Shown here: positions 1 through 10,147 of the stretch, piece by piece
Numbering within the stretch: the first letter of the stretch is position 1
Layout of the letters: each line of letters begins with the position of its first letter
Assembly (NCBI GenBank): GCA_964411885.1
Contig: CAYPMK010000001.1
Span: 13,953-65,165 of the forward strand
Direction of reading: 5' to 3'
Source: an uncultured Bdellovibrionales bacterium
GTDB lineage: Bacteria; Bdellovibrionota; JAFGOL01
Length of the DNA stretch: 51,213 nt
Program-made: the position numbers and the translations under genes
Notes under the pieces: generated by a model
Database searches by the model: none
The model's input: only the letters and a program-made list of their open reading frames with translations
Told to the model about the DNA's origin: nothing

Positions 1-22
1 TAAAGAAAAAAGTTTTTTACCT

Positions 23-241
23 TTGCACATGGACGGGCCAGCAATAAAGCCAAGATTAGACGGGCCATATACAATAAAATATATAGCAGAAAAAGCTTTG
101 TCTTATGAGAAAAAGAAAATAGAAGCTACAGTGAAAAAAGAAGCAGAAAAGATAAAACAAAAAGCTAGCCAAGAAATAAAGAAGGCCGCAGAGCCTGTTA
201 AGGATAAATTAAAAGACGCAATAAAAGGATTGAGGTTCTAG
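23..241 (+). CDS. Lys/Glu-rich small protein, or the C-terminal end of a CDS that starts upstream of the window
   Basis: The frame stays open back to nt 2 at the window edge. TTG at 23, ATG at 29. The tail is K/E-rich and low complexity. No family recognised. Confidence 0.3.
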   Translation: MHMDGPAIKPRLDGPYTIKYIAEKALSYEKKKIEATVKKEAEKIKQKASQEIKKAAEPVKDKLKDAIKGLRF

Positions 242-242
242 C

Positions 243-1280
243 ATGTTCTATACATTAAAGTGGGAGACAGATTCAGTAAGTTTTATTGATCAAAGGGTGC
301 TTCCTTTAGAGGAAAAATATATAAAATGTTCTGACTATCAACAAGTGGCAGTTGCAATTAAGGACATGGTTGTAAGAGGAGCTCCTGCAATAGGTATAGC
401 CGCTGTGTTTGGTGTGGCTCTTGGTGTTGTGAAAAGTAAAAAGGACACTATTCAAGGCCTTAAAGAAGAGTTTTCTCATATAACTTCTGTTATGAGAGCT
501 ACAAGACCTACTGCTGTTAACCTTTTTTGGGCCATAAAAAGAATAGAGGATGTGTTTAATATAAGCTGTTTAGAAACAAATGACGTTAACAAGGTAAAAG
601 AAAAAGTTTTGAGCGTTGCGTTGGCTATGTATGATGAAGATGCCAATATAAATAAAATGATAGGGGTTAATGGTAGCGAGTTAATAGAGGACGGGATGAA
701 TATCCTTACTCACTGTAACGCTGGTGCCTTGGCTACTGTAGCGTATGGCACGGCATTATCTGTTATGAGGGCTGCAAAACAACAAGGAAAAAAAATACAC
801 GTATATGCTGATGAAACAAGGCCTTTCTTGCAAGGTGCAAGACTCACTATGTGGGAACTAATGAAAGACGAAATACCTTGTACACTTCTTTCAGATAACA
901 TGAGTGGATATTTGATGGCGAATAACAAAATAGATATAGTCATAGTTGGAGCAGATCGTATTGCTGCTAATGGGGATTCTGCAAATAAGATAGGGACTTA
1001 TTCTGTGTCTGTTTTGGCTAATTATCATAAGGTTCCGATGTATTTTGCTGCTCCGCTAAGCACCATAGACCTGAAGACCCCAGAGGGTTGTGACATACCA
1101 ATAGAACAACGTTCTTTGGATGAGGTTAGGATCATAAACGGTAAGAAGATATGTCCAGAAGGGGCAAATGCTGTAAATCCATCTTTTGATGTTACCCCAA
1201 ATAGCCTTATTACTGGTATAATTACAGAGAGGGGTATTATTTATCCCCCATTTAATGAAAGTATCAGATCTTTATTTTAA
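243..1280 (+). CDS. mtnA: S-methyl-5-thioribose-1-phosphate isomerase (eIF-2B alpha/beta/delta-like family)
   Basis: 345 aa. Motifs 'IDQRVLP', 'VRGAPAIGIAA', 'THCNAGALAT', 'VGADRIAANGDSANKIGTY' and 'FDVTP' are typical of MtnA. Confidence 0.85.
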   Translation: MFYTLKWETDSVSFIDQRVLPLEEKYIKCSDYQQVAVAIKDMVVRGAPAIGIAAVFGVALGVVKSKKDTIQGLKEEFSHITSVMRATRPTAVNLFWAIKRIEDVFNISCLETNDVNKVKEKVLSVALAMYDEDANINKMIGVNGSELIEDGMNILTHCNAGALATVAYGTALSVMRAAKQQGKKIHVYADETRPFLQGARLTMWELMKDEIPCTLLSDNMSGYLMANNKIDIVIVGADRIAANGDSANKIGTYSVSVLANYHKVPMYFAAPLSTIDLKTPEGCDIPIEQRSLDEVRIINGKKICPEGANAVNPSFDVTPNSLITGIITERGIIYPPFNESIRSLF

Positions 1281-1291
1281 GGTGGTGTTTT

Positions 1292-2842
1292 ATGAATGAA
1301 GGCAGGATTTGGTATGTTAACATAAACAGGCAGACCTATGGTCCTTATTCAAGGGATGAGATAATCTCTATGCTTAAGACCGAGACTGTAAAGTATTCAG
1401 ATTATATATTCAGGGATGGTTTTAAAAATTGGGATTATATATATAATATTTCTGAATTCGATAGACGTTTGCTTAACCCCGGCGGTGATCAGCCCTTAGT
1501 TCAGGCACCAAAAGAGCTTGTTCCAGAAGAAATAGTAGAACCAGATACACAAAAAACAGACGACAAACCTGTTGATGAACTTTGGTATGTCCATGATGGA
1601 GAGAATCAGCTAGGACCATATTCTTCGTCTTACATAAAAGAAGCTTTAGATAATAAAACATTATTTTGGACCTATTATGTGTGGAAAGAAGGATTTGATA
1701 ATTGGGTTCAAATAAAAGAAAGCAAAGAATTCGATAGAAGAAAAATGCCAAGAGGCCAAGCTCCTAATAAACTTGATATTAGTACTGATTATGAGGAGAT
1801 CAAAAAAGAGTCACTTACAGGATTGCCAAAAAAAGAAGACAACCCACAAATGTATAGCAATTCTAATCAGCCGCTAAGTGTTCAATATGGTATATCAGAT
1901 CTGGACCAAGAGGAGCTTAGAGGTAAATATCCCGTAAAAGGTGTTCTTATATTATTAGCAGTTATGTTCTTGTTGTTCGGTATTGTAAGGGTTTATCCTT
2001 GGTTATCTGAAAGATCACGAGAAAAAAGAGCCATGGCAATGTATGAAACAGGTATAGAGTTAATAGACAGACAGAATAAACCAGAGGAAGGTTTTGTTAA
2101 ATTATTCGACCTTATGGATATGTATCCAAATTCTTCTGCAGAAAGAAAAAATGAGAATTATATAAGATCAAAAGAACCAATGTTAAAATCTAAACTTGCA
2201 GATGAAGGACGTACAATAAAGAAGCTGATAGAAACTTTTGATAAAAAATATGGAGTTTTACCAGCAAACTCTGTTGATATAGGTTATGTCCCTCCTTTTT
2301 GGCTTAAATATTTTGGTGAAGCTTATTTTAAAAGATCTGCACCTAAGAAAGTGGAAGTAATGCTTAGGGGTATAAAATTTCCGATAGAAGGGTATGTGTT
2401 CATAACTGATTCAGATAATAAAGATCAAGAGCAAGATGTAAAAGCTGACGAGTTAAATGTGTTAGTTCGTTCTTATACAAAACTTGTCTATAGCGGACAA
2501 AAATCACTTGTGAAGCCTCTTGAGTTGCCAAAAATATTAAAGACAACAGTTATGTCTCCAGAAAAACAAAAAGAAATAAAAGAACAGGCTGATAACCTTG
2601 CTAAAAAAGCAGCACAGCAAGCTGCATCAAATAAAAAGCAAGCAAAAAAAGCCAAGGAAGCAGAAGCCACAGAGGACCTTATCCCTACTGGTTATGAAGA
2701 ACAAGAAGATGGGATAGATAATGAACAACAAGGAACTCCTTTAGAAGAAGATCAACTTCTTAACGAAGAAACAACAGATGAACAAGACGAAGTTACAGAT
2801 GAATATGAAGATTCAATAAACAAGATACGAAAGGGTAGGTAA
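1292..2842 (+). CDS. Membrane-anchored protein with two N-terminal GYF_2 (DUF4339-like) domains and an acidic C-terminal tail
   Basis: Two internal repeats: 'WYVNINRQTYGPYSRDEI...DGFKNWDYIYNISEFD' (nt 1304-1462) and 'WYVHDGENQLGPYSSSYI...EGFDNWVQIKESKEFD' (nt 1577-1735). One hydrophobic helix, 'VLILLAVMFLLFGIV'. The last ~80 aa are D/E/Q-rich. Confidence 0.65.
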   Translation: MNEGRIWYVNINRQTYGPYSRDEIISMLKTETVKYSDYIFRDGFKNWDYIYNISEFDRRLLNPGGDQPLVQAPKELVPEEIVEPDTQKTDDKPVDELWYVHDGENQLGPYSSSYIKEALDNKTLFWTYYVWKEGFDNWVQIKESKEFDRRKMPRGQAPNKLDISTDYEEIKKESLTGLPKKEDNPQMYSNSNQPLSVQYGISDLDQEELRGKYPVKGVLILLAVMFLLFGIVRVYPWLSERSREKRAMAMYETGIELIDRQNKPEEGFVKLFDLMDMYPNSSAERKNENYIRSKEPMLKSKLADEGRTIKKLIETFDKKYGVLPANSVDIGYVPPFWLKYFGEAYFKRSAPKKVEVMLRGIKFPIEGYVFITDSDNKDQEQDVKADELNVLVRSYTKLVYSGQKSLVKPLELPKILKTTVMSPEKQKEIKEQADNLAKKAAQQAASNKKQAKKAKEAEATEDLIPTGYEEQEDGIDNEQQGTPLEEDQLLNEETTDEQDEVTDEYEDSINKIRKGR

Positions 2843-2844
2843 TT

Positions 2845-4224
2845 ATGAGAAAGATAAAGACTATGATAGAACCATTTAAAATAAAAATGGTGGAACCTAT
2901 TAAACAGACAACAGAAGAATATAGACGAGAAGTTTTAAAGAGTGCTAAATATAACCTCTTTAATATCAAAGCAGAGGATGTGCTTATAGATCTTTTGACT
3001 GACAGTGGTACTTCTGCAATGAGTTCTATGCAGTGGGCAGAAATAATGAATGGCGATGAGTCATATGCAGGAGCAAGAAGTTTTTTTGCTTTTGAGAGAG
3101 AAGTAAAAACCCTTACTGGGCTAAAGCACATAATACCTACCCATCAGGGACGTGCCGCAGAAAAAATACTATTTTCCATAATTGGTGGAAAAGGGAAAAC
3201 GGTTATAAGTAATACTCACTTTGATACTACAAGAGCTAATGTTGAATATTCTGGGAGCAAGGCTTTAGATCTTGTTATACCAGAAGGTAAACAAGCTTCT
3301 TTAGATCATCCGTTCAAAGGGAATATGGATATTTCAGCATTAGAAAAAGCCATAATAGAGATAGGCGCAAGTAATATTCCTGTTGTCATAATGACTATAA
3401 CCAACAACGCTGGTGGTGGACAACCAGTATCTATGGAAAATATTAGGGCTACAAAAAAAGTTTGTGAGAAACATAATATCCCTCTGTTCATAGATGCTTG
3501 TCGTTTTGCAGAGAATGCCTTTTTCATAAAAAAGAGAGAAAAAGGATATCAGGATAAAACACCATTAGAAATATCAAAGGAAATGTTTTCTTATTGCGAT
3601 GGTGCTACTATGAGCGCAAAAAAAGATGCACTGGTGAATATAGGTGGTTTTCTTGCACTCAATAACGACGAACTTGCGCAACAAGCAAGAAATATGCTTA
3701 TACTTACGGAGGGTTTTCATACATACGGTGGGCTTGCAGGTAGAGACCTTGCAGCTATGGCTCAGGGCCTAAAAGAGGTTGTAGATGAGTCGTATCTTGC
3801 ATATAGGATACGTTCTACAGAATATGTTGGAGAAAAATTAACAGAGAAAGGTGTTCCTATAATATTACCTCCGGGTGGACATGCAATATTCATTGATGCA
3901 GCTGCAATGTTACCTCATATACCAAAGGACCAATATCCAGCACAGGCTCTTGCCTGTGAACTTTATGCTGTGGGAGGAATAAGAGGTGTAGAGATAGGAA
4001 GTGCTATGATGGACAGGGATCCAGAAACAAAAAAGAACAGACCAGCACCGATGGAATTGGTGCGTCTTGCTATACCAAGAAGAGTATACACTCAAAGTCA
4101 TATGGATTATGTGATAGAGATACTCGACATAGTTAATAAGGAAAAGAACAGTATTCGTGGTTTGAAAATGATATATGAAGCTCCTGTATTAAGACATTTT
4201 ACTGCGAAGTTCGAACAGGTTTAA
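2845..4224 (+). CDS. tnaA: Tryptophanase (beta-eliminating lyase family, PLP-dependent)
   Basis: 459 aa. 'EPFKIKMVEPIKQTTEEYR', 'DLLTDSGTSAM', PLP-lysine box 'SAKKDALVNIGG', 'LPHIPKDQYPAQALACELY' and the C-terminal 'VLRHFTAKFEQV' follow E. coli TnaA more closely than tyrosine phenol-lyase. Confidence 0.85.
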   Translation: MRKIKTMIEPFKIKMVEPIKQTTEEYRREVLKSAKYNLFNIKAEDVLIDLLTDSGTSAMSSMQWAEIMNGDESYAGARSFFAFEREVKTLTGLKHIIPTHQGRAAEKILFSIIGGKGKTVISNTHFDTTRANVEYSGSKALDLVIPEGKQASLDHPFKGNMDISALEKAIIEIGASNIPVVIMTITNNAGGGQPVSMENIRATKKVCEKHNIPLFIDACRFAENAFFIKKREKGYQDKTPLEISKEMFSYCDGATMSAKKDALVNIGGFLALNNDELAQQARNMLILTEGFHTYGGLAGRDLAAMAQGLKEVVDESYLAYRIRSTEYVGEKLTEKGVPIILPPGGHAIFIDAAAMLPHIPKDQYPAQALACELYAVGGIRGVEIGSAMMDRDPETKKNRPAPMELVRLAIPRRVYTQSHMDYVIEILDIVNKEKNSIRGLKMIYEAPVLRHFTAKFEQV

Positions 4225-4229
4225 TATTA

Positions 4230-5318
4230 ATGTCGTCAGATATACTTAAAACCTTACACGGTGACATAGAGTTACCAGTTTTTATGCCAGTTGGTACCAA
4301 GGGTACAGTTAAGGCAATGCCACCGTCTATATTAAAGGAACTTCAAGTTAAGATAATACTCGGCAATACGTATCATCTTTATCTACGTCCCGGGAATGAG
4401 CTTGTAAAAAAACTTGGTGGTCTACATAAGTTCATGGGTTGGGATGGACCAATATTAACGGATAGTGGTGGTTTTCAAGTTTTTAGCCTTAATGAATTAA
4501 GAAAATTAACAGAGGACGGTGTTGAATTCCGTTCTCATATAGATGGTTCTAAACACTATCTTACTCCAGAGCTTTCTATTCAAATACAGGACGATCTTGG
4601 TGCAGATATTAAAATGGTTTTTGATGAGTGTCCGCCATATGGAGCAGACAAAAATTACCTTGAACGTTCTTTGGCTTTAACTACAAGATGGGCCAAGAGG
4701 TCAAAACAAAAGTGGCAAGAACTTGGTTCTAACGGTCATCTTTTTGCAATAGTTCAGGGAGGTATGTATCCTGATCTTAGAGAGAGGAGTTTAGATGAGT
4801 TGCTTGAAATAGGTTTTAGTTCTTATGCTCTTGGAGGGTTCAGCGTTGGTGAACCAAAGAACGAAATGTATGAAATACTTTCTTCTGTTATGGAAAAGGT
4901 CAAAGAAAGAAAGATTAACACCCCTATATATATGATGGGCGTTGGCGAACCAGAAGACATATTATTCGCCGTTAAACATGGGGTTAAGATGTTCGATTGT
5001 GTTATTCCAACAAGGAATGCAAGGAATGGCGGTCTTTATACTTTTAATGGCAAAGTATCTATAAAACAGGCAAGATATACCGAGGACCCTGAACCACTAG
5101 AGCCCGGATGTGATTGTTATACATGCAGAAATTTTTCTAAAGCCTACCTTAGACACCTATATATGTCTGGTGAACTGTTATCGTATTACTTGAACACACT
5201 GCATAACTTAAGGTTTTTCATGCGTTTTATGGATATGGTCCGCACATCTATTAAAAATAACGATTACGACCATTTTTATGCTGATTTTTTGAATAATTAT
5301 AATAAAGATAATGTCTGA
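4230..5318 (+). CDS. tgt: Queuine tRNA-ribosyltransferase (tRNA-guanine transglycosylase)
   Basis: 362 aa. 'LGNTYHLYLRPG', catalytic 'LTDSGGFQVFS', zinc site 'CDCYTCRNFSKAYLRHL'. The classical tgt-yajC-secDF synteny follows. Confidence 0.92.
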   Translation: MSSDILKTLHGDIELPVFMPVGTKGTVKAMPPSILKELQVKIILGNTYHLYLRPGNELVKKLGGLHKFMGWDGPILTDSGGFQVFSLNELRKLTEDGVEFRSHIDGSKHYLTPELSIQIQDDLGADIKMVFDECPPYGADKNYLERSLALTTRWAKRSKQKWQELGSNGHLFAIVQGGMYPDLRERSLDELLEIGFSSYALGGFSVGEPKNEMYEILSSVMEKVKERKINTPIYMMGVGEPEDILFAVKHGVKMFDCVIPTRNARNGGLYTFNGKVSIKQARYTEDPEPLEPGCDCYTCRNFSKAYLRHLYMSGELLSYYLNTLHNLRFFMRFMDMVRTSIKNNDYDHFYADFLNNYNKDNV

Positions 5319-5345
5319 TTAAAATTACCTAAATGGAGGATCACA

Positions 5346-5684
5346 ATGTTTACTTTACTTTTTCTAGCTACTAACGTTTATGCACAGGCCGCTACAGCAC
5401 CTAAAGGAGCCATGGGCATTTTGAACATGTTAATGCCTTTTGTTCTTATAATAGTTATTTTTTACTTTTTGATGATAAGGCCACAACAAAAACAAAGAAA
5501 ACAACATCAACAATTCTTAGCAGGATTAAAAAAGGGAGATGAAGTTCTAACTTCTAGCGGGATAGTAGGCACAATTTATTCTGTTTCTGACAAGCTTGTC
5601 ACACTTGAACTAGAGGGAGACGTTAAGATCAAAATGTTAAAAGGTATGATAACTGCTAACGCAAAAGATCTTGTAAAGGAGTAA
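5346..5684 (+). CDS. yajC: Preprotein translocase subunit YajC
   Basis: 112 aa with one TM. 'RPQQKQRKQHQQFLAGLKKGDEVLTSSGIVGTI' is the YajC signature. Lies between tgt and secD. Confidence 0.88.
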   Translation: MFTLLFLATNVYAQAATAPKGAMGILNMLMPFVLIIVIFYFLMIRPQQKQRKQHQQFLAGLKKGDEVLTSSGIVGTIYSVSDKLVTLELEGDVKIKMLKGMITANAKDLVKE

Positions 5685-5687
5685 AAT

Positions 5688-7391
5688 ATGTTTAACGCAA
5701 AATGGCGTTTTTATTTTGTAATAATACTTATACTTGGAAGTTTATGGGTTACATCCCCTATCTACATTTCACAAGCTAAGGCACCTTACTGGCTAACAAA
5801 ATTAATGCCACCAAAAGACCTTAAGCTTGGTCTAGATCTTCAGGGAGGTACACATCTTGTACTTGGAGTTGATGTAGAAAAGGTGGTCGTTGAACAGGCA
5901 GACAGAAATGCTATTAAACTTGATGCGGTATTCAAGGAAAAAAATATTCCATTTGATAGCGTTAAAAGAGTTGGTGATACTAGTAGGGTATCGGTAAAAC
6001 TTAAGAATGTTTCAGATGAGGATAAAGTTAGAGAAGCAGTAATTAAGTATACTGGTATGATCTTTTCAGCATCTGGTAATGGAGAGATTGTTTTTGATCT
6101 TAACAATGAAGAAAAATCATATATAAGAAAGAATGCAGTAAGCCAGACCATAGAGGCTATAAGGAACAGGATAGATGAGTTTGGAGTTAATGAGACGAGT
6201 ATACAGGCTCAAGGTTCAGATAGGATAGTTGTTCAATTACCCGGAGTAAAAGATGTTACTAGGGCAAAATCTATTATTGGAAGAACAGCTAGGCTTGAAT
6301 TTAAAATAGTTGTTAACGATCCAAATTTTGGAAAAGACAGAATATATAGTGCTGTTAATCAGGCTAACGAGGCTGGTGTTGTGTATGATGAAAAAACATC
6401 ATATGCAGACTATGTAGATAAACTTAATGTTTGGCTTGAAGGCAAAATACCGTCAGACACGATGGTTCTCTTCGAAAAAAAGGTTGATCCATCAACTGGA
6501 AAGAAGTTTATGGAACCTTATCTTTTACAAAAAGCTAGTCCAGTTACAGGAGATGATCTTAAAGATGCTTATGTTGGATACAACAATGAATTTGGCGAAC
6601 CATATGTTAGCTTCCAGATGAATACTAACGGTGCAAGGTACATGGAAAAGACCACCGGAGAGAATATCGGTAAACAATTAGCAATAGTGCTTGATAAAAA
6701 TATTTATTCAGCTCCTGTAATCCAAGCAAAAATAAGTGATCAGGGTCAAATAACACTTGGCTCAGGAAGACCTATAAGTGAATTACAACAAGAGGCGGAA
6801 GACATAGCTTTAGTATTAAGAGCTGGAGCGCTTCCTGCACAACTTACTTTTGAAGAAGAAAGAGTTGTTGGTCCATCTCTTGGTAATGATAGTATAGAGC
6901 AAGGAAAACTATCTTTTATACTTGGAGCTTTGATAGTAGTTCTTTTTATGTTGATATACTACAGATTTTCTGGAGCAGTTGCAGACGTAGCTGTCGTGTT
7001 GAACGTTGTGATACTCATGGCTTTAATGATGTTGTTCGGTGCCACACTAACTCTTCCCGGTATAGCAGGTATAGTCTTGACCGTAGGTATGAGTGTTGAC
7101 GCTAACGTAATTATTAATGAAAGGATAAGAGAAGAAATACGATCAGGGAATACTGGAAAAGCTGCCTTAGAAATAGGTTATGATAAAGCCCTCTGGACTG
7201 TCCTTGATGCTAATATAACTACAGCAATAGCTGGTATAGTGTTGTTACAATATGGAACAGGTCCTGTTAAGGGCTTTGCTGTAACTTTACTTATAGGTAT
7301 CGCGACTTCTGTTTTTACGGGAGTATATATAACAAGATGGATATTTGAGTATCTAATAGAAAAAGGCTACTTAAGAAAACTTAGTATATAA
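5688..7391 (+). CDS. secD: Protein translocase subunit SecD
   Basis: 567 aa. 'LGLDLQGG', a large periplasmic domain, and a C-terminal 6-TM export domain ('GIAGIVLTVGMSVDANV'). Confidence 0.93.
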   Translation: MFNAKWRFYFVIILILGSLWVTSPIYISQAKAPYWLTKLMPPKDLKLGLDLQGGTHLVLGVDVEKVVVEQADRNAIKLDAVFKEKNIPFDSVKRVGDTSRVSVKLKNVSDEDKVREAVIKYTGMIFSASGNGEIVFDLNNEEKSYIRKNAVSQTIEAIRNRIDEFGVNETSIQAQGSDRIVVQLPGVKDVTRAKSIIGRTARLEFKIVVNDPNFGKDRIYSAVNQANEAGVVYDEKTSYADYVDKLNVWLEGKIPSDTMVLFEKKVDPSTGKKFMEPYLLQKASPVTGDDLKDAYVGYNNEFGEPYVSFQMNTNGARYMEKTTGENIGKQLAIVLDKNIYSAPVIQAKISDQGQITLGSGRPISELQQEAEDIALVLRAGALPAQLTFEEERVVGPSLGNDSIEQGKLSFILGALIVVLFMLIYYRFSGAVADVAVVLNVVILMALMMLFGATLTLPGIAGIVLTVGMSVDANVIINERIREEIRSGNTGKAALEIGYDKALWTVLDANITTAIAGIVLLQYGTGPVKGFAVTLLIGIATSVFTGVYITRWIFEYLIEKGYLRKLSI

Positions 7392-7410
7392 ATCTGGAGG
7401 AAAGCTTAAT

Positions 7411-8328
7411 ATGTTTAACATAGTTAAACCCAACACGAATTATGATTTTTTAAAAGCAAGTCGTATAGGGGTGATAGCATCCATTATAGTGATAGGTATA
7501 ATGATGTTCGTTTTCTTTACTAAAGGCCTTAACTACGGTGTAGATTTTACTGGCGGTATAGAGATGCAGGTAAAGTTCGATGATGCTTCTGTTGATAGCC
7601 AAAAATTAAGAACTGTTATGCAGGAAATTAAATCTGGTGATGTTCAGGTACAAAAATTTAGTGATGCAACTGGAAATGAATACTTAATAAGAGTTAAAGG
7701 TTCAGAAGCTGATCTTAACGTTGTTACTAAGGACATAGAACTTAAACTTGAAACGACTTTTAATAAAGGTAGTTACGACATAAGAAAAATAGAGATAGTT
7801 GGTCCTAAGGTTGGTAGAGAGTTAAAAATGAGCGCTATATATGCCCTTATATATGCAATGTTGGGGATCTTCATTTATATAGCAATAAGGTTTGATTATA
7901 AATTCTCGCCTGGAGCTATTGTTGCTTTGATACACGACGTTCTTTTTACAGTCGGTATTTTTGCTATAACTGGTTATCAGTTCACCCTTTCTACTGTTGC
8001 TGCTCTTTTGGCGATAGTTGGATATTCTGTTAACGATACTATAGTTATCTATGACAGAATACGAGAGGTAATGGATAAACACAAAGGGATGTCTTTACCT
8101 ATTATGATAAACAAGGCACTTAACGAAACCTTGAGCAGAACTATCTTGACGACATTAGTGACTTTTCTTTGTGTTCTTATGATATTTATCTTTGGAGGTT
8201 CCAGCCTAAGAGATTTTTCTCTTGCTCTTGTAGTTGGAATGGTCTCTGGTGTTTACTCAACAGTTTTTATTGCTTCACCGGTAATACTTTTGATGGAAAG
8301 ATTATTCGGGAAGAAAACAGCTGAGTAA
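7411..8328 (+). CDS. secF: Protein translocase subunit SecF
   Basis: 305 aa. 'NYGVDFTGG' and 'VGYSVNDTIVIYDRIRE'. Six TM segments. Confidence 0.93.
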   Translation: MFNIVKPNTNYDFLKASRIGVIASIIVIGIMMFVFFTKGLNYGVDFTGGIEMQVKFDDASVDSQKLRTVMQEIKSGDVQVQKFSDATGNEYLIRVKGSEADLNVVTKDIELKLETTFNKGSYDIRKIEIVGPKVGRELKMSAIYALIYAMLGIFIYIAIRFDYKFSPGAIVALIHDVLFTVGIFAITGYQFTLSTVAALLAIVGYSVNDTIVIYDRIREVMDKHKGMSLPIMINKALNETLSRTILTTLVTFLCVLMIFIFGGSSLRDFSLALVVGMVSGVYSTVFIASPVILLMERLFGKKTAE

Positions 8329-10037
8329 TGTCGAAATGTAAGTGGAATGTTATATCTGATATAACAAAAGAGGCTCAAGACCTTTCTATAGAGACTGGTC
8401 TTTCTATAATAGTATGTCAAATACTTTTGAATAGGGGTTATTCAGACAAGGCCTCTGTATATGAATATTTAAATCCTTCTTTAGCAAAACTTCCAGATCC
8501 ATTTCTTTTGAGTGAGCTTGAAAAAGGTTCTAAAAGAGTTGCAGAAGCAGTCATTAGTGGTGAAAAAATATCTGTATATGGTGATTACGATATAGATGGA
8601 TCTACTGCTACAGCTTCTTTAACCTCTTTTCTAAGGTCGTTGGGTGCGGATGTACTATTTTATCAGCCAGAAAGATTTGCAGAGGGGTATGGTTTTCACA
8701 TTAGTTCTGTTGATGAGCTAAAGAAAAAAGGCGTGACATTGATCATAACAGTTGATTGTGGCACCAGCGATATTGAAACAGCAGAATATTGTATGAAAAA
8801 TGGCATAGATCTTATTGTAACGGATCACCATAAAGTTTCTCAGGAATATCCTAGATCTTTTGCATTTATTAATCCTCATAAAAATGGAGAGGAAAAAGTT
8901 TTTTCTGATCTTTCTGGAGTGGGTGTCGCCTATTATTTTATGATAGGCATAAGAAAGGTATTAAGGGATAAAGGATTCTTTAATGATAAAAAAGAACCAG
9001 ACCTTAAAGAATATTTAGATATGGTAGCCTTTGGCACCATAGCAGATCTTGTCCCTATTCAGGGGATAAACAGGATACTTGTTAAAAAAGGTTTAGAGAT
9101 GATGAACAACAATCCTCGTCGAGGTCTTAGTGCCTTAATAGAGCTTAGTAGTTTAAAAGACAAATTGACTTATGAGTCTGTTGGATTTGTTCTTTCGCCA
9201 AGAATGAATGCTGCTGGAAGAATGGGAAGCGCATCAAGATGTGTGGAACTTTTACTTACTAACGATGATAATGAAGCAAGAGATCTTGCACAGATACTTC
9301 AGGAAGAGAACAACAAAAGAATGAACTTTCAAAAAAGATCTTGGGAAGAGATTTGTTCTTTTGTTGAGACTATAGAAAAAAAAGATCCAGAAGCTTTTGC
9401 TAGAATGAACACTATCACTCTTAGCTCTAAAGATTGGCACCAAGGAATTATAGGTATACTTGCTTCTAAATCAGTTGATCGATGGTTTAAGCCTACTGCG
9501 GTGTTCACAGAGATAGATTCAGGTATTTATAAAGGTTCTGCCAGGAGTGTTCCCGGGGTAGATCTGTTTAAAGTTTTTTATGAGTTCAAAGACATGTTTG
9601 AAGATTTTGGCGGGCATCAAATGGCAATTGGAATGAGTATAAAAGAAGAAAGGATACAAGAATTTAAACTTATTTTTGAGTCTAGTATTGAAAAACAGCT
9701 CAATTCTTGCCCAACAAAACAGACCTTAAATATTGATATGGAAGTTAAGCTTGGTGAAATTGATATGAAAGTTTTGAACGATCTTTCAAGAATGGAGCCT
9801 TTTGGATCAGACAATCCTGCTCCACTTTTTGTTTCAAAGGTAAAAGTTTTTGACAAGAAAGTCCTGAAGGGCAAACACTTAAAACTAAAACTTGAAAATG
9901 GGGCAGATGCCATAGGTTTTAATATGGGTAACTTGGCTGAAAACATTGGCGCTGTGACTGATATCGTTTTTAGACCAAGCATAAATGAGTGGAATGGAAC
10001 AAAGAGGATTCAGTACGTTATGGTGGACATTTTATAA
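8328..10037 (+). CDS. recJ: Single-stranded-DNA-specific exonuclease RecJ
   Basis: 569 aa. DHH motifs 'YGDYDIDGSTA', 'ITVDCGTS' and 'IVTDHH', plus DHHA1 'GGHQMAIG'. The ATG overlaps the secF stop by 1 nt. Confidence 0.9.
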   Translation: MSKCKWNVISDITKEAQDLSIETGLSIIVCQILLNRGYSDKASVYEYLNPSLAKLPDPFLLSELEKGSKRVAEAVISGEKISVYGDYDIDGSTATASLTSFLRSLGADVLFYQPERFAEGYGFHISSVDELKKKGVTLIITVDCGTSDIETAEYCMKNGIDLIVTDHHKVSQEYPRSFAFINPHKNGEEKVFSDLSGVGVAYYFMIGIRKVLRDKGFFNDKKEPDLKEYLDMVAFGTIADLVPIQGINRILVKKGLEMMNNNPRRGLSALIELSSLKDKLTYESVGFVLSPRMNAAGRMGSASRCVELLLTNDDNEARDLAQILQEENNKRMNFQKRSWEEICSFVETIEKKDPEAFARMNTITLSSKDWHQGIIGILASKSVDRWFKPTAVFTEIDSGIYKGSARSVPGVDLFKVFYEFKDMFEDFGGHQMAIGMSIKEERIQEFKLIFESSIEKQLNSCPTKQTLNIDMEVKLGEIDMKVLNDLSRMEPFGSDNPAPLFVSKVKVFDKKVLKGKHLKLKLENGADAIGFNMGNLAENIGAVTDIVFRPSINEWNGTKRIQYVMVDIL

Positions 10038-10147
10038 AAACCTATTAATTACAAATAGTTATAGTCTGATATTTAGTGCTTGACCTTAAAACGTTTTTTT
10101 TGGTACAAAACTATTATAGGCAGTGATGTTGCTTATAAGAGGGGTTA

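Noticed and set aside
10088-10097. The palindrome AAAACGTTTT upstream of the SLT gene, as a possible terminator or operator.
   Set aside because: It has no loop and is only 10 nt of low-complexity A/T-rich sequence, which is expected by chance in this composition.
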